Shown here: piece after piece, positions 11,951 to 24,061 of the stretch
How the letters are laid out: every line of letters starts with the position of its first letter
How positions within the stretch are numbered: the stretch's first letter is position 1
Assembly (NCBI GenBank): GCA_012026655.1
Contig: JAAILG010000276.1
Coordinates: 1 to 64,000, forward strand
DNA: 64,000 bases
Source of the DNA: Hydrolagus affinis
Lineage: Eukaryota
Reading direction: 5' to 3'
Program-made: the position numbers and the translations under genes
Notes under the pieces: model-generated
Seen by the model: the letters and a program-made list of their open reading frames with translations, nothing else
Told to the model about the DNA's origin: nothing
Database searches by the model: none

Positions 11951-12140
11951 ATAATAATAATCCTTGGATTTCATAGCACATCAATGAGACATCATAGACA
12001 TTATTTACAACCTTGCAACATCATTGAGACGTCTCAAAGTGCTTCACAGCATATATTGTAAAGTGGTTTGACTGTATGTTATTTATAGATGAAAAGTGGC
12101 ACCCAATTGTGCACAGCAGTGTCCCACAAGCAGTGACCAA
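11951..12140 (-). mobile_element. SINE 3' half
   Basis: ataataataatccttggattt...gagacgtctcaaagtgcttcacagc...caattgtgcacagcagtgtcccacaagc. Confidence 0.85.
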
Positions 12141-12289
12141 TTTTTTTTTGTGGGACCTTCCATATAAATAAAACCAAACACTGCATAGCTGAGGACATTC
12201 AACATGCTTTTCTTCAGTGGTGGTGTTTTTTCTTTTGCCATTGCTCTTCTGTCCTCTTCTCCCGATTCTTGCCCTCCAGGATCTCGCCC

Positions 12290-12570
12290 AGATGGCTATT
12301 TTTCATGGCTGGGTTTAGACAGTGATTCTTGGCAGTCTGTTTGACTGTGGTGACAGTTGACACCGTTGCCAAGCCCAATCTTGCCCTCCCTCACTTGACA
12401 TCCACATGTGAGTACTTCCAGCAGGTATCAATGGACAGAGATCAACAGCAGGAACCTTGGCTGACCTTCCTGTAGCCTAGCCCAGTGGCACTGAAGCCAA
12501 TTGTAACAGCCCTAACAGCAGCCAAGGTAGAGATCAGCTAACCTGGTGTTGAACCTACAACATGTAGAGC
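12290..12570 (-). mobile_element. Old SINE-like repeat of a third family
   Basis: ttccagcaggtatcaatggacagagatcaacagcaggaaccttggctga...cccagtggcactgaagccaattgtaac...gagatcagctaac...gttgaacct; related pieces at 12940-13100 (+) and 55020-55105. Confidence 0.5.
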
Positions 12571-12774
12571 TGAGGCTGCATTGGGCTTTTAGGAAGCTAA
12601 CCTAGTTATGTGAGGCAGAGATACACCAACGTTAAATGTGATGGAGATTTCCCCAGAATTTCTTTCCATTCTCAATACTTGTACAAGAAGAGATTTGATG
12701 GTATTGCTAAGTAATGGCTCCGTTCGATACCCCATGATTGTTGGGGCTCATATTAAAAAAAAGGTTTCAATACG

Positions 12775-12852
12775 GTAGGATTTCTTTTGGAAAGTTGGGT
12801 TGAAATGGGGTCAAAGGGCCTTTTTCATTCATACAATTCTTGTGATCTTATG
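12775..12852 (+). mobile_element. CR1-like 3' end
   Basis: gaaatggggtcaaagggcctttttcattcatacaattcttgtgatcttatg. Confidence 0.5.
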
Positions 12853-13124
12853 ATCAACGTGGACTCTGTTGCTTGAACGTTTTCAGTGTGTGAGTGAAAT
12901 GTTCCATTAATGAGGCAATCTTATCAAAAGTACTCTGGCAGAAGTGGCTCAGTTTGGAGCGGCACTACCAGAGTGGAACGCTGCTCTGCAGACCACTTGA
13001 AATACCAGGGCTCAGATTTGATCCACGGTCTTTGTTGAGCTATATGATCTTGGCAGTGGTACTGAGAATGGTTCCAGCGAAACGCTTTTACTTAGGGAGA
13101 TTGCGTAGAGTACACATGAAGTGA

Positions 13125-13290
13125 TATAGAACAGAATCAGGGCATAGCCCAACTAGTGCATGCCAGTGTTTATACTCCATACAAGTCAGAATCCTCTTTA
13201 TTCCCTTAGAACAGACCCCTCCATTCCCCTCTCCCTCACATGTGCAGGAATTCTTCTCTTAAATGCATTGATGGTATTTTCTTCAACTGT
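13125..13290 (-). mobile_element. CR1 3' end
   Basis: atagaacagaatcagggcatagcccaactagtgcatgccagtgtttatactcca...ctcttaaatgcattgatggtattttcttcaac; same family as 17138 and 51281. Confidence 0.7.
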
Positions 13291-13402
13291 AGCTCTCAGT
13301 GTAAAAGCAAGAGCTCCTGCTTCTGGTCATGATGAGATGATCTCTGCTGGGAATTTTGCTCAGGGGTGTGCACTGGCTGAGTACATGACCTAGCTCATCT
13401 GA

Positions 13403-13723
13403 AATAATAACAATAATAATCCCTGCGTTTGATATAACGCCTTATCACATCTTCGAGACGTCTCTAATCGCTTCACAGAATATACTGTAAAGTGAATTGA
13501 CTGTATATTTGTGGGCGAAACATGGCAGCCAGTTGTGCACAGCAGTATCCTACAAACAGTCATGGATTCAGTGACCAAATTATTGGGGGATTTTTGTGAA
13601 GGATTATTATCAGACGTGTGAAGTAAGGAAACTCGTCCATGATTTTGCCCTGGCCTGTCTGGAATCGAACCCCGGTCTCTCGCTTACAAAGCGAGTGCTC
13701 TAACCTCTGAGTTACGGGACTCC
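13403..13723 (-). mobile_element. Full-length young tRNA-derived SINE
   Basis: Minus strand ggagtcccgtaactcagaggttagagcactcgc...ggggttcgattccagac...gtttccttacttcacacgtctgataataatcc...tail aaacgcagggattattattg. Confidence 0.93.
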
Positions 13724-13872
13724 ACATGATGCTCGTCATGGTCAGAACAGCTTGCCAACATTCAATGTCAAGGCCCACATTTGTCGAACATTCATTTGGG
13801 TGAAGCAGAAGATATCTGTGTCAACACCTTCAGGAGAGGAGGGGGTAGATTTGAAGGGTAAATAAACCCTGC

Positions 13873-13892
13873 AGAGAGAGAGAGAGAGAGAA
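13873..13892. repeat. (GA)n microsatellite
   Basis: agagagagagagagagagaa. Confidence 0.9.
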
Positions 13893-14516
13893 AGAACATA
13901 TGTGCACTGATCCTAATTGGTAATGGTGTGTCCTGTAAATGCAGCAGAACTAAAGCCATTATTTCATCTGCAGGTTACCTTTGGGTGATAAGAAGCTAAA
14001 AAACTGGTTGACTGAACAGCACACAATTGGGTCTATTGTACAGCAGCACAGAACCAGAGGTTATATAAAAAAAATTCAATTCTGCTATCTATACTTCAGC
14101 AATGAAAATCCTGATGGGCAATTATCACAAAGGCCTTGCGGTACTTGTTAGCTATATGCAATTTAAATGCTGACTATTGCTGTTCAGTAATGGACCAGCC
14201 TGGGAAATGTGGCCTTTAAAGTTTAAAAAAAAAGTCAAAAATCATTCCTATAAACTATCATCCTCCCATCCATCACCACTAGAGTATATCAGGAGTGAGC
14301 AAACATTCCCATTAACCACATTCCCTTAAACTGAACATCCATTAACTGCCATCAGGTGTTTTATCAGTTATGTTTCCATTACAGATTTGCTTCTCTAGCT
14401 AACATTCCAACCTCCCCCCTGCTCCAAAGTACTCCTGCATATTATGAACTATGGTGAAGACTGCTGTGTAGATCATATCACTTGTTATGGGACCGGGTGT
14501 AAAACCAAGATTGTTC

Positions 14517-14712
14517 AATAATAATAATTATTGCATTCGATATGGTGTGTTTCGCCACAAAATATAGTGAACTCACCTTGCAGTATATTCTACGAAGCAC
14601 TTTGAGACATCTTGAAGATGTGATAAGATGGTGTACCAAATGCAAAGATTATTATTATTATTATTGTCACGTCATTGAGATGTATCAAAACACTTCACAG
14701 ACTATACTGTGT
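14517..14712. mobile_element. Minus-strand SINE tail with a plus-strand SINE tail (14548-14666) nested inside it
   Basis: aataataattattgcattcgatatggtg | tttcgccacaaaatatag...aaatgcaaagattattattattatt | tcacgtcattgagatgtatcaaaacacttcacag. Confidence 0.75.
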
Positions 14713-15911
14713 TATTTGGGGGAAATTCAGCAGCAATAAGACTGGAGCCATCAGAGCGTTGAATGAAGCAATAATAGCTGACTGGACATGGTTTTCTCTG
14801 GAATCAAGAGTAGGCAGATGATTAAAGAATGACCCAATGGTCTATTTCCTTCAGTCAATCTGGTTGTTCTCAATTACTTCACACATTTACATTTGATTAC
14901 CTTGCTCAATTATCTTCTGCATTGTTCCGTCTGACTGCCTGCTCACTTTTACCTACTACAGTCCAATGATCCATCTGCATACCTTCAACTGCCTGGCACC
15001 TTCTTCAATCTGTCTGCTGTTTTACCCCGTTATAATTTCTGATCCAGTTGATTGACCTACTTCCCACCCATCTACCACAGTTGATCTGTTCAGCCTCATG
15101 TATCGGGGCATGTGCCAGAGTTAATTGTCGCTTATCAAGGATAAAATAAAACTTGTTTGCGCTGTGCAGAAATCCTGCCCAATTTGGTGCAGATTCAGAT
15201 GCAACCTTTGCCCGAATTCCTTTTGTGCGTAACACAGCCCAATGCGGAAGAGGCTTCTCAATCATCTGAAGATGCTTTCAACTGCATCTGAAACGAATAT
15301 CGGTCCAGCTAACTCATAATCACTGTGGTATCATCAGTGTAAGCTTGTGGATGGATGAGTCAGATAGATGTGGATAGTTTATATGGGGGAATGGAGGGTA
15401 TTGGATCTTTCACACCAAACAGAAGCTCATCAATTGGATTGCCAGGACTGCTTTCCATTTGAACTTACTTGCTTATGATTAGGTAAATGAGGTTGGCATT
15501 GAACCCAATTTCTAGTCTCCTGCAAGCCTTGGGCACCCAGATAATATTTGTGACCATGTGGTGTGCTCAAAGCCATTTTATTCCCATTTGCTCATGCTCT
15601 CTTTCTGAATCCTCTCGCCTGCCTAATCACCTCTTTGGAAGCTGGAGAAGGAAAAAATCCTGCCCTCAATCGCTCCCTAAAAGATTCAGGGAAGTTTATT
15701 GGAAACTGAGGCTATTCATGTCCTCCCAAAGTGAAAGGTGCTATATGAATGTAAATTGTATTGTAATAGTATTGTCCAAACTTGGAAGCCACACGACTAA
15801 CACAGTGAAAGATTAGCCCAAGAAAAGTTAGGATAATCTTCACCTCCTATTACCATTCCCTCCCTATGCTTTTCACAGAAAAATCAGGTCTGAAGTATTT
15901 CACAGAGTCTC

Positions 15912-16062
15912 AACAGCAACAAGAACTTGTATCTATATAGCGCCCTCTCGCAGGGTAGTATCCAGGAGCGGGTTTTCATTCAAAGACATGGCAGGTTACA
16001 ACAACAACAACAACTTTGATTTATATAGTGCCCTCCATGCCGGATGGCATCTCAGAGCATTA
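15912..16062 (-). mobile_element. Two adjacent L2 3' stubs (type C then type B)
   Basis: aacagcaacaagaacttgtatctatatagcgccctctcgcagggtag and acaacaacaacaacaactttgatttatatagtgccctccatgccggatggcatctcagagc. Confidence 0.75.
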
Positions 16063-16571
16063 CTGCCTCATTGAGCAGATGGGAGGGATGGGATGGGATT
16101 GGGGGTGGGAGGGAGTAGGGTGGGAGAGAATAATTCAGAGAGACTCATTGGCTTCCTGATACTCAATGGGTTACGTAACATTAATCGCAGACAAAGCCAG
16201 AGACAAGGAAATACGAAGCACAAATCCCACACCCAATGAATAATGTTTCCTGTGCTCTGCTACAATCGCCTTACTTTCCAAACCCACTTGTCCTTCACAT
16301 TATTTCTCCATCTGCAAACTCACACAGTACACATTAATACAGCACCAGACCTTCAAACCCTTATACTACTGTGTATCCATCCAAACAAAAGCCAACAGTA
16401 TAAATCTCACAAAATAGCTGTTACAGACTCCTGTGGTGCAGTCACGAGAAACTCCAGGCTCACACAGCATTGGCTCTGACACGCTCTACAGTAAACACTT
16501 CTATAGCACATACAGTATTTCCACTGTGTGGTGGAACACTCAGCATAGCTACTCCTCAACACTACAAACTC

Positions 16572-16757
16572 CCATAGTGCAGAAATCTATAATAGCTTTT
16601 AAATGCGAATTAGACAAATATTTGAAAAGGAAACACATAAAACGGTACGAAAATGAGCCAGGGGAGCGGGACTAAATGGAAAGCTCTCACCAGAGAGCTG
16701 GCGGCACAGAAATGATTGGTCAAGTGTGTTCTCCTGTGCTGTAAAATTCTTTTATTC
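16572..16757 (+). mobile_element. CR1 3' end (ORF2 C-terminus plus UTR)
   Basis: SIIAFKCELDKYLKRKHIKRYENEPGERD* then ggaaagctctc...gcacagaaatgattgg...ctcctgtgctgtaaaattct. Confidence 0.8.
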
Positions 16758-17137
16758 CAACCACTAAAAATGCCAACATTTACACGGCAATCTCACAGAG
16801 TACAGACATCCACAATAAAGATACACATACAGGACTGGCAACGCCATCAATACAACACAGGAGATTTCCAAATGTTGGGGGGCTAGTGTATTCTTTTTTG
16901 ATAGTGAAATAAAATTTGATAGAGAGTGAGCACAAGGCAGTAATTTTAGCTCAGGGTCTAGCTGATGTCTCGATAAAGAGCCTCCGACTTTGTGACATCA
17001 CCTGGGCACCTCGATTAAATTGCTGGCTTGTTGCTCACTCCCAGATTTTCATTATGTTGGCAGGTAAGTAGCATTCTAACCCAATGAAGGTCATCACCTC
17101 AGCATATCAATTGTTCTATAGAGTTACCCGGAAATTA

Positions 17138-17300
17138 ATATGGCACAGAAACAGTATATTCGGCCCAACAAGTCTGTGCCAGTGTTTATACTCCACATGA
17201 CCCTCCACCTATCCCAATCCTCTTTCCAATACCCCTCTATTCCCTCCCCATCAAGTATGCAACAAGTTTTCTTTGAAATATATTGATGCTATTTTGCTTC
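17138..17300 (-). mobile_element. CR1 3' end
   Basis: atatggcacagaaacagtatattcggcccaacaagtctgtgccagtgtttatactccac...aaatatattgatgctattttgcttc. Confidence 0.75.
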
Positions 17301-18016
17301 AGTCGCAGCTATCCGCAACCACTGTTTTTTTAAAAAAACACAAAACCAGACTTTCCATGAAACAATGGAATAAAACCAAATCAGGGCAGCAAAAGCATTT
17401 ACCAGGAATGTGGCCAATCTCACCTGCATTTATTTTCGAGGCAGGAAGATTGTGGACAGTTCCAGCGCATGTCGGAGGCGCGCAGATGATGTCACGCAGA
17501 TGAGCACCCACGTACACGGCCACAACAGATGTGCTCATTTTTTTTCATTCCAGTCTCCCCAGTTCCAACGCTGAGGTCCTTATTAGCCTAATGAGCAGTC
17601 AGTCAAATTAATGCAAGCTAATCTGAGGGTCACACAAAGTTCAACCATAAACAGGGCTGATTGGAAATTTATTTTGAAAAGAAAAGAAAGCCTGCTTGGA
17701 TTTAAAGCGGCGCCGGGCAAGTGTATTAAAGTTAAACCATTAAGTCAAGTCATAGGTTTCAGGGGTGTCTGCCTCATTCTAACTTTGACTGAGAGTTAAA
17801 CTCAAACTAGATGATAGCCAGGCTGCATAGTGCCATAGACTCCAACAGTAGTTTTTTTGAGAGAAAAATTGGAGTTGAGGTACAGGTCAGTGATGATGTA
17901 ATAAAATGGCAGAAAAGGCTTGAGGGGCTGAATGTGCTTTCACCTGTATCCCTCTTGTGCAGCCAGGAAACAGTCACGCATAAAATACACAGTCACTGCA
18001 CTTCACAGCATATCAT

Positions 18017-18335
18017 GGAATCCTGTAGCTCAGTGGTTAGAGCACTCACCTTACAAGTGCGAGACCTGTGTTCGAATCCAGGCAGATCAGGGCGAAACCC
18101 TGTGCAAGTTTCCTTACTGCACATGCTTAATAATAATCCCTCCAAAAAAAACACAATAATAAAATTGGTCATTTCAATCCACCACTGTTTGTGGGTCACT
18201 GCTGTGCGCAATTGGCTGCTGCGTTTCGCCCACAAATACACAGTCAATTCACCTTACAGTATATTCTGTGAAGCGCTTTAAGATGTCTGAAAGACGTGAA
18301 AAGCACTATATCAAATGCAAGGATTATTATTATTA
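18017..18335 (+). mobile_element. Full-length young tRNA-derived SINE (reference copy)
   Basis: A-box tagctcagtggttagagc, B-box gttcgaatcc, CORE-like gcaagtttccttact, body gtttgtgggtcactgctgtgcgcaattggctgc, stem-loop tail, aaatgcaaggattattattatt. Confidence 0.95.
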
Positions 18336-19074
18336 CTACTACAGTATTATCATGTGAAGCATGTTGAGATGTCCACGCAACATGAAAAGTGACTTATCAG
18401 TTACAAGGTATTGTAACATGAAGGAAATTCCACGGGTGTGAATGTTATAAAATGGCAGTGCCTGTCTCACTCATATATACATTTTGTGGCTGCTCGTAAT
18501 AAATAAAACGTGCGCCCGCTAGCAATGAGAAAGCTCACTGTGAAAAGAGCATCTAACATTGTCCTACTGATCCCACCCAAAAAGGATTCCTCTTTGTTCG
18601 GTTCTTTAATTCACTGGCTTCCCTCCAGTGTGAATTTCAAGCTGTCTCATGTGTTGTAAAATGAATAGTGGACCTGTTTTTTTTAATTACATGATTCTAG
18701 ACTCGCAGCTTTACGGTCGTCTTGTGCAAAGGTTACCCGTTGAGGTGACACCTTGGCTGCAGAATTGTTCATTTCTGTTGGAAACAACACTTGGGTGGCC
18801 TCCAAAGTACTAAAATAAAATGATACTCAGTTATATAACTCACTGGTATCACCAGAAAGCTTAGCGGCGTTTTTTGAATAGAAATTAAAATCAACCCTGC
18901 AAAAATATACACATTCATATTAATCCAGATATTGCATGTTCATTTGACTTTTCTCACCTTCTGTTAGGTGCCATTTAACAAGGAGGGAGAGTGTACAGAG
19001 GTTCCACTCACCTCTGTCAGGGCCAATCTGGAAGGGCACGATCTGATGGGATTACTCATTGTGTGACTCTGCAT

Positions 19075-19505
19075 GGCTGCTTGGCGCAGTGTAGTCTCAC
19101 TGTAGCCTTCAAGCCTCATGTCAGAACTCGAAATAACAGTCTAAGTAAGATGACACTCAAACAGAGAACTAGGCACGTGTTGCATTGTCAGAGGTGATGT
19201 CCTTTGGATGAGATCTTAAAACAGAGGTCCCGCCTGCCTACTCAGGTGAACATTAATGATCCCGTAGCTCTTTTCAAAAATAGATGGGAGTTTCTCTCTT
19301 CCAGTGTCCGGGCCGACAATCGACTAAATGAAGTTTGTCACTCACTCGATGGCTGTTTGTTGGACATTGCTTTACGCAACTGGCTGCCACGTTTCGCTCG
19401 CAAAATAAATACACAGTCTTTACAGTGTTTCCTGTGAAGCACTTTGAGACATCTCGATGATGTGAGAGGCACTGTATCAAATGAAAGGATTAAGGATTAT
19501 TATTA
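19075..19505 (+). mobile_element. Deu-domain SINE with the same 3' tail as the young SINE
   Basis: gaggtgatgtcctttggatgagatcttaaaacagaggtcccgcctgcctactcaggtgaacattaatgatccc (Deu) then ggctgccacgtttcgc...aaggattattatt. Confidence 0.85.
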
Positions 19506-19874
19506 ACAAATGGACCGAGATCAAGAACTCACCCTGTGGGGGAAGTGCAGTTTCAAATCTCATCCTTCCTCTCTATGGCTCTGTAAGGTCACTCTTTGAA
19601 GCGAACGCAGTGATAGAAACAGATTACTCAGTGGCTGTCTTTGAAATACAATTTCATTTCTATTTTATGAGGTTACCTATAACTTACTCATGAAAATAAA
19701 AACCATATTTCAATCAGATTTTTATAAAAGCCACCACAATCTATGTCATCAACCTTTATGGAACAGATCTCGAGGTGATATATAAATCTATTTAATAAGT
19801 AAACTTTATAAGCATTTCTGATTATGAGCAGCCTATATCCACAAAGTCTAACCCAAAATGTACTTCTAGAATTA

Positions 19875-20157
19875 CAATGTCAGTGACAATAAATTCTTCG
19901 GATGAGACATTAAACCGAGGTCCCATCCACCTGTCTGGGTGGATGTTAAAGAACTCATTGCACTATTCGAAAATAGAACATAGTTTCTCCTGGTGTCCTG
20001 ACCAACAATCACCCAGATAAAATTGGTCATTTGTGGTACTATACATTGCTGTGCGCAATTAGCTACTGGATTCAAAGTCAATCGACTTTACAGTATACCC
20101 TGTGTTGCGCTTTGAGATGTGATAAAGCAGTATAGCAAATGCAAGGATTATTACTAT
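19875..20157 (+). mobile_element. Deu-domain SINE, 5'-truncated
   Basis: ttcggatgagacattaaaccgaggtccc...ggtggatgttaaagaactcattgcactattcgaaa...gtgtcctgaccaac...aaatgcaaggattattact. Confidence 0.85.
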
Positions 20158-20563
20158 TTTCATTATGTTACTATCTATTTACGATGAAGGCTCCAGTAAC
20201 CAAATAACCCGCAAGTGGGAGATTAAGTAATTTAGGGGTATCATTGGGCTGTGGCATGATAGTCTTTGCCATGAATAGTGCTTAATTCTAGAGTCGCTTT
20301 GGAACAATAACAATGCTAAGAGTGAGAGAAGTGAGTGAAATGAACAAAACATTGAGAGGCAATGTGGATTATATCACTGCAGAATAATACTGTCACATGT
20401 TTTTCAGGAATGTGTGAAAAGGGAATTATGCTGCACCTTTAAACTTTAATTACACAGAGGATGTGTCGTGGCTGGCCATGCCGTATTCTATTTCTTACAC
20501 TTATTGACATAGTATTCGGTGACAGCTTCAGACAGATCACTGCTCTCTCTAGCTCACCTTAGT

Positions 20564-20890
20564 GGAGTCCTGTAGCTCAGTGTTTGGAGCACTAGCCAGT
20601 CAAGCGAGAGACCTAGGTTTGATTTCCGGTAGGGCGAAACATCGGGCAAGTTTCCTTACTCCACACGCCTCTGTTTACCTAGAAGTAAGTAGAAATTGCT
20701 TTACTGGAAGTAATAATTAATTTTTTTAAATTGGTCATGCAATCCACGACTGTTTGTGGAACGCTGCTGTGCGCAATTGGTTACCGCGCTTCACCCACAA
20801 GATATACAGTCAATTCACTTTACAATATGTTCAATATATTGCTTTACAATATATTCTGTGAAGTGCTTTCAGACGTGTTGAAAACCTGAC
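20564..20890 (+). mobile_element. Older subfamily of the tRNA SINE with a longer CORE domain
   Basis: Head ggagtcctgtagctcag; gggcaagtttccttactccacacgcctctgtttacctagaagtaagtag; followed by an L2 type A stub at 20900-20948. Confidence 0.88.
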
Positions 20891-21189
20891 TGTCATCTTT
20901 TTAGCACCTTGGGATGTCCTCCTCTATAAATGTAATTTTGTTGTTGGTGTTTTACTAAGAAACTTTCTGCCGTACAGTTCTCTTCCGCAACCGGCTTGTA
21001 ACGTGAACATTGATTTCAAGGAATGTTTTCCCAGTGTTTATGCCCAAGAACATTATTAAAAGGCCTTTATGATGTTGGTGTGTCCTTCTAATGTCATGGC
21101 TGTGGAAATAGAATTCTTTCCACTGATAATTCTGACTTCACTTGCCTGGGGAATTGAGTACCCTGGTCATACAAATACAGTAATGCAAA

Positions 21190-21420
21190 TGCCTGCACAG
21201 AATGAGGCCATTCAGTTAACTGAAGCTATGCTGGCACTCACTCTTTCACTGGAGCCATTCTGTACCCATTCCAATTGCCATCTGTTTTTCAGTAGCCTTT
21301 TACAGTACATTGTTCCTCTTCAAATCCAATTCCCGTCTAAATGCTGTGGTCTTGGCTTCCACAGCCACTTGTGAGAAAGTGTTCTTCATTCTAATAACCC
21401 TCTGCTTAGGGGGAAAAGAG
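21190..21420 (-). mobile_element. CR1 3' fragment
   Basis: gcacagaatgaggccattcag...ctatgctggc...gtcttggcttccacagccac...ttcttcattctaataaccctctg. Confidence 0.7.
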
Positions 21421-22484
21421 AAACCTAGATAATAGTCTCAGTATCTGTATTACTACTGCTTCCTAACTACAAAATCATGCCTCATTGTGAGTCATGTTAT
21501 AATGATTAGTCTCTATAGTGATACCACCACCGTAGCCTTTCCCGATCTTCAACTCAAATTGTTTTATAGTATATAATTGAATTGTTATTGGCCTTGTTTA
21601 CCACTCACTGAAATATTTATATCATTACATTATTACATAAAGTTATGAATAGCAGAGAATATATAATGTTTTAAAAAAAACTAATTTCACTCCCGTTTGA
21701 GGCTTGAGACGACATTAAAATCCCATTCGAGTTTCATTGTCATGATTTAGGGCATCAGAAAATTTCCTTGTTAAATCCCACCCTTGCTACTCCTTGCTAA
21801 CCCTCTCTCCTTTCATGTACCAATGAGCATCATGGATTTGATAATGGCTACACTCTGCCAATTGCAGATTTGGCCCATGCGAGCATCTAAACATCCGTGC
21901 TCGTTTTGGTAAAAACAATAAATGCAAAAAATAGCGACACCTTTTGCGTCGACCACCTAGAGTTTTATTTCGACAAGTTGTCAAAAATCTTATTCTTCAC
22001 AGGCCTAAAAATGATCAGGCAGCACCGGTGGTCAAAGGCCACAATAATTTGTGCTGTTATTTTAAAAAACTCATTTATGCAGACTGACATCCTGACATAA
22101 CAAAGAATAATAAATCAGAAATATTCCCCTCAAGATTACATTGTAAATGTCAAACTAGACAGTAAATTGTAATTAAAGAAAGGAAATTGCTTCAAAGAAG
22201 CACTTGATTTCTAAATGAACAGCGAAGGATTTCTTAAGCATTTAATGATGGTTGAATTTACTCAGCTATTTTTAGAAGGTAAGATGATGATATAATTTTT
22301 AATGCGCTTTGTAACTGTGTTTTGTTCCAAAAAGAATCATTTCAGAGACCGAGCATCAACTACCTGAGAAAACATCACAACATATCAACAGCTGTTAGAG
22401 CTGACTTGAAGGTTAAATATTAGGAACGAATCCAATTTCTCTTGTCTGTTCAGCCCAGCAGTGTGTTATATTACAGTTGGATTG

Positions 22485-22584
22485 NNNNNNNNNNNNNNNN
22501 NNNNNNNNNNNNNNNNNNNNNNNNNNNNNNNNNNNNNNNNNNNNNNNNNNNNNNNNNNNNNNNNNNNNNNNNNNNNNNNNNNNN
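22485..22584. other. Assembly gap (100 N)
   Basis: Run of exactly 100 n, a typical placeholder of unknown size. Confidence 0.99.
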
Positions 22585-22869
22585 TAGTGGGTAAACTTTC
22601 TATGATTTGTATTGTGCATCAGGCTCCAGATTGCCAGAGTTCTGGGACTCAAAGTCTTTCTGTCTCACGCACCATGGCCTTAATGCACATTACTCATCCA
22701 TAGGAATGCACAGAAATTTCCCCACCATGAGAATGAACATGGGCTGTCCCCTCCCCAAAATGGACTATTAGAGAAAATATCCCCATAAATAAAGCAATCA
22801 AATGTACAAAAATATGGTGTTTCGAAGGCCAGTGGGAAACATCTAGAACTCTACACCCAAGATGTTGTA

Positions 22870-23174
22870 GGACTTCTGTAGCTCGGTGGTTAGAGCACTC
22901 GTCTCACAAGCAGGAGACCTGGGTTAAGTTTTCTTATTCCGCACAGGTGTGATAATAATAATTACTAAAAATAATTAAGAAAAAACAATAATAAAATTGG
23001 TCATTTCAATCTATGACTGTTTGTGGGACACTGCAGTTGCACAATTGGCTGCCACATTTCACCCACAAATATACAGCCAATTCACTTTACAATATATTCT
23101 GTGAAGCGCTTTGAGACGTCAATAAGATGTGAAAAGCGCAATATCAAATGCATGGATTATTATACTATTATTAT
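22870..23174 (+). mobile_element. Young tRNA SINE with a deletion through the B-box
   Basis: gtagctcggtggttagagcactcg...gacctgggtt joined directly to aagttttcttattcc; intact tail aaatgcatggattattat. Confidence 0.9.
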
Positions 23175-24061
23175 AACATGCCATTGGCCTTGATGAGCAC
23201 AAGAGTTGACTAAAAAATATGAATGCATAATTATCACAGTGTGTGTAAAAAGGAACACTGTTCCTTTGCCTTATGCCCATTTGAACAAGGACACAGAAGA
23301 GGGTATGTGCAGCTATGTAGGAGAATCTTTCTCTTCTAGTTATACAGGCATGTTTTGTCATGTGATTTAACTGAATTTACATGCATGTAGTTTTTATACA
23401 ACTCACGTATGCTCGTGGAATAGATTAGAGCCTTTCTCCATATAAATTGCCAGGGAACACTGTAACCCTGCATTGTGGACCAGCTTGAAATCAACAGCTA
23501 ATTGAACTCCCACTATCCATAAAAAGTACGGCCAACAGTTAAATGGAAAATTCGTGCCGTCTGTAACAACCAACACAAATTAAAATGACAAAATTTTAAT
23601 ATAAGGATTCATTTCGCGCTATATATGTCACAATAAAGGACAAATTGGTAAGGCCCACACCCACACTACCTCTCAACTCTGTCTAACAGAGTTATATAAT
23701 AACATATACAGACGTGTTTTGGAACAATCAGGATTGATATTTATATAGAAGCTGATGTTTGCAACCCAAAGCATTAAAAGTGCAAAGGAAACAAAGAGAC
23801 AGATTGGAGATAAACGACAAGCAAGATACTTAAATATTTTTTCAGCTTTGCAAGACCGGGGATGTGAGTCAAGGAATGGGGGAAGAACACTACAATTACG
23901 GACAAATGGAGTAGATTTACTGTAGATGATCAACATGGATGGCAGATATGTTGAGCGGACTTGTCATCGCAGGGTAAGAGTGCAAACAAATTGAAGATTC
24001 AGTTAATGTTGATCAGCTATCCAGAATATATGTGGAAGTTAGTAAACACTTGTGCTGTGCA

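Noticed and set aside
18017-18095. tRNA gene
   Set aside because: The A/B boxes are a SINE head continuing into the SINE body; the same applies to 3563, 7779, 13723, 20564 and 39626
22413-22703. ORFs spanning the N run
   Set aside because: Artefacts of the assembly gap
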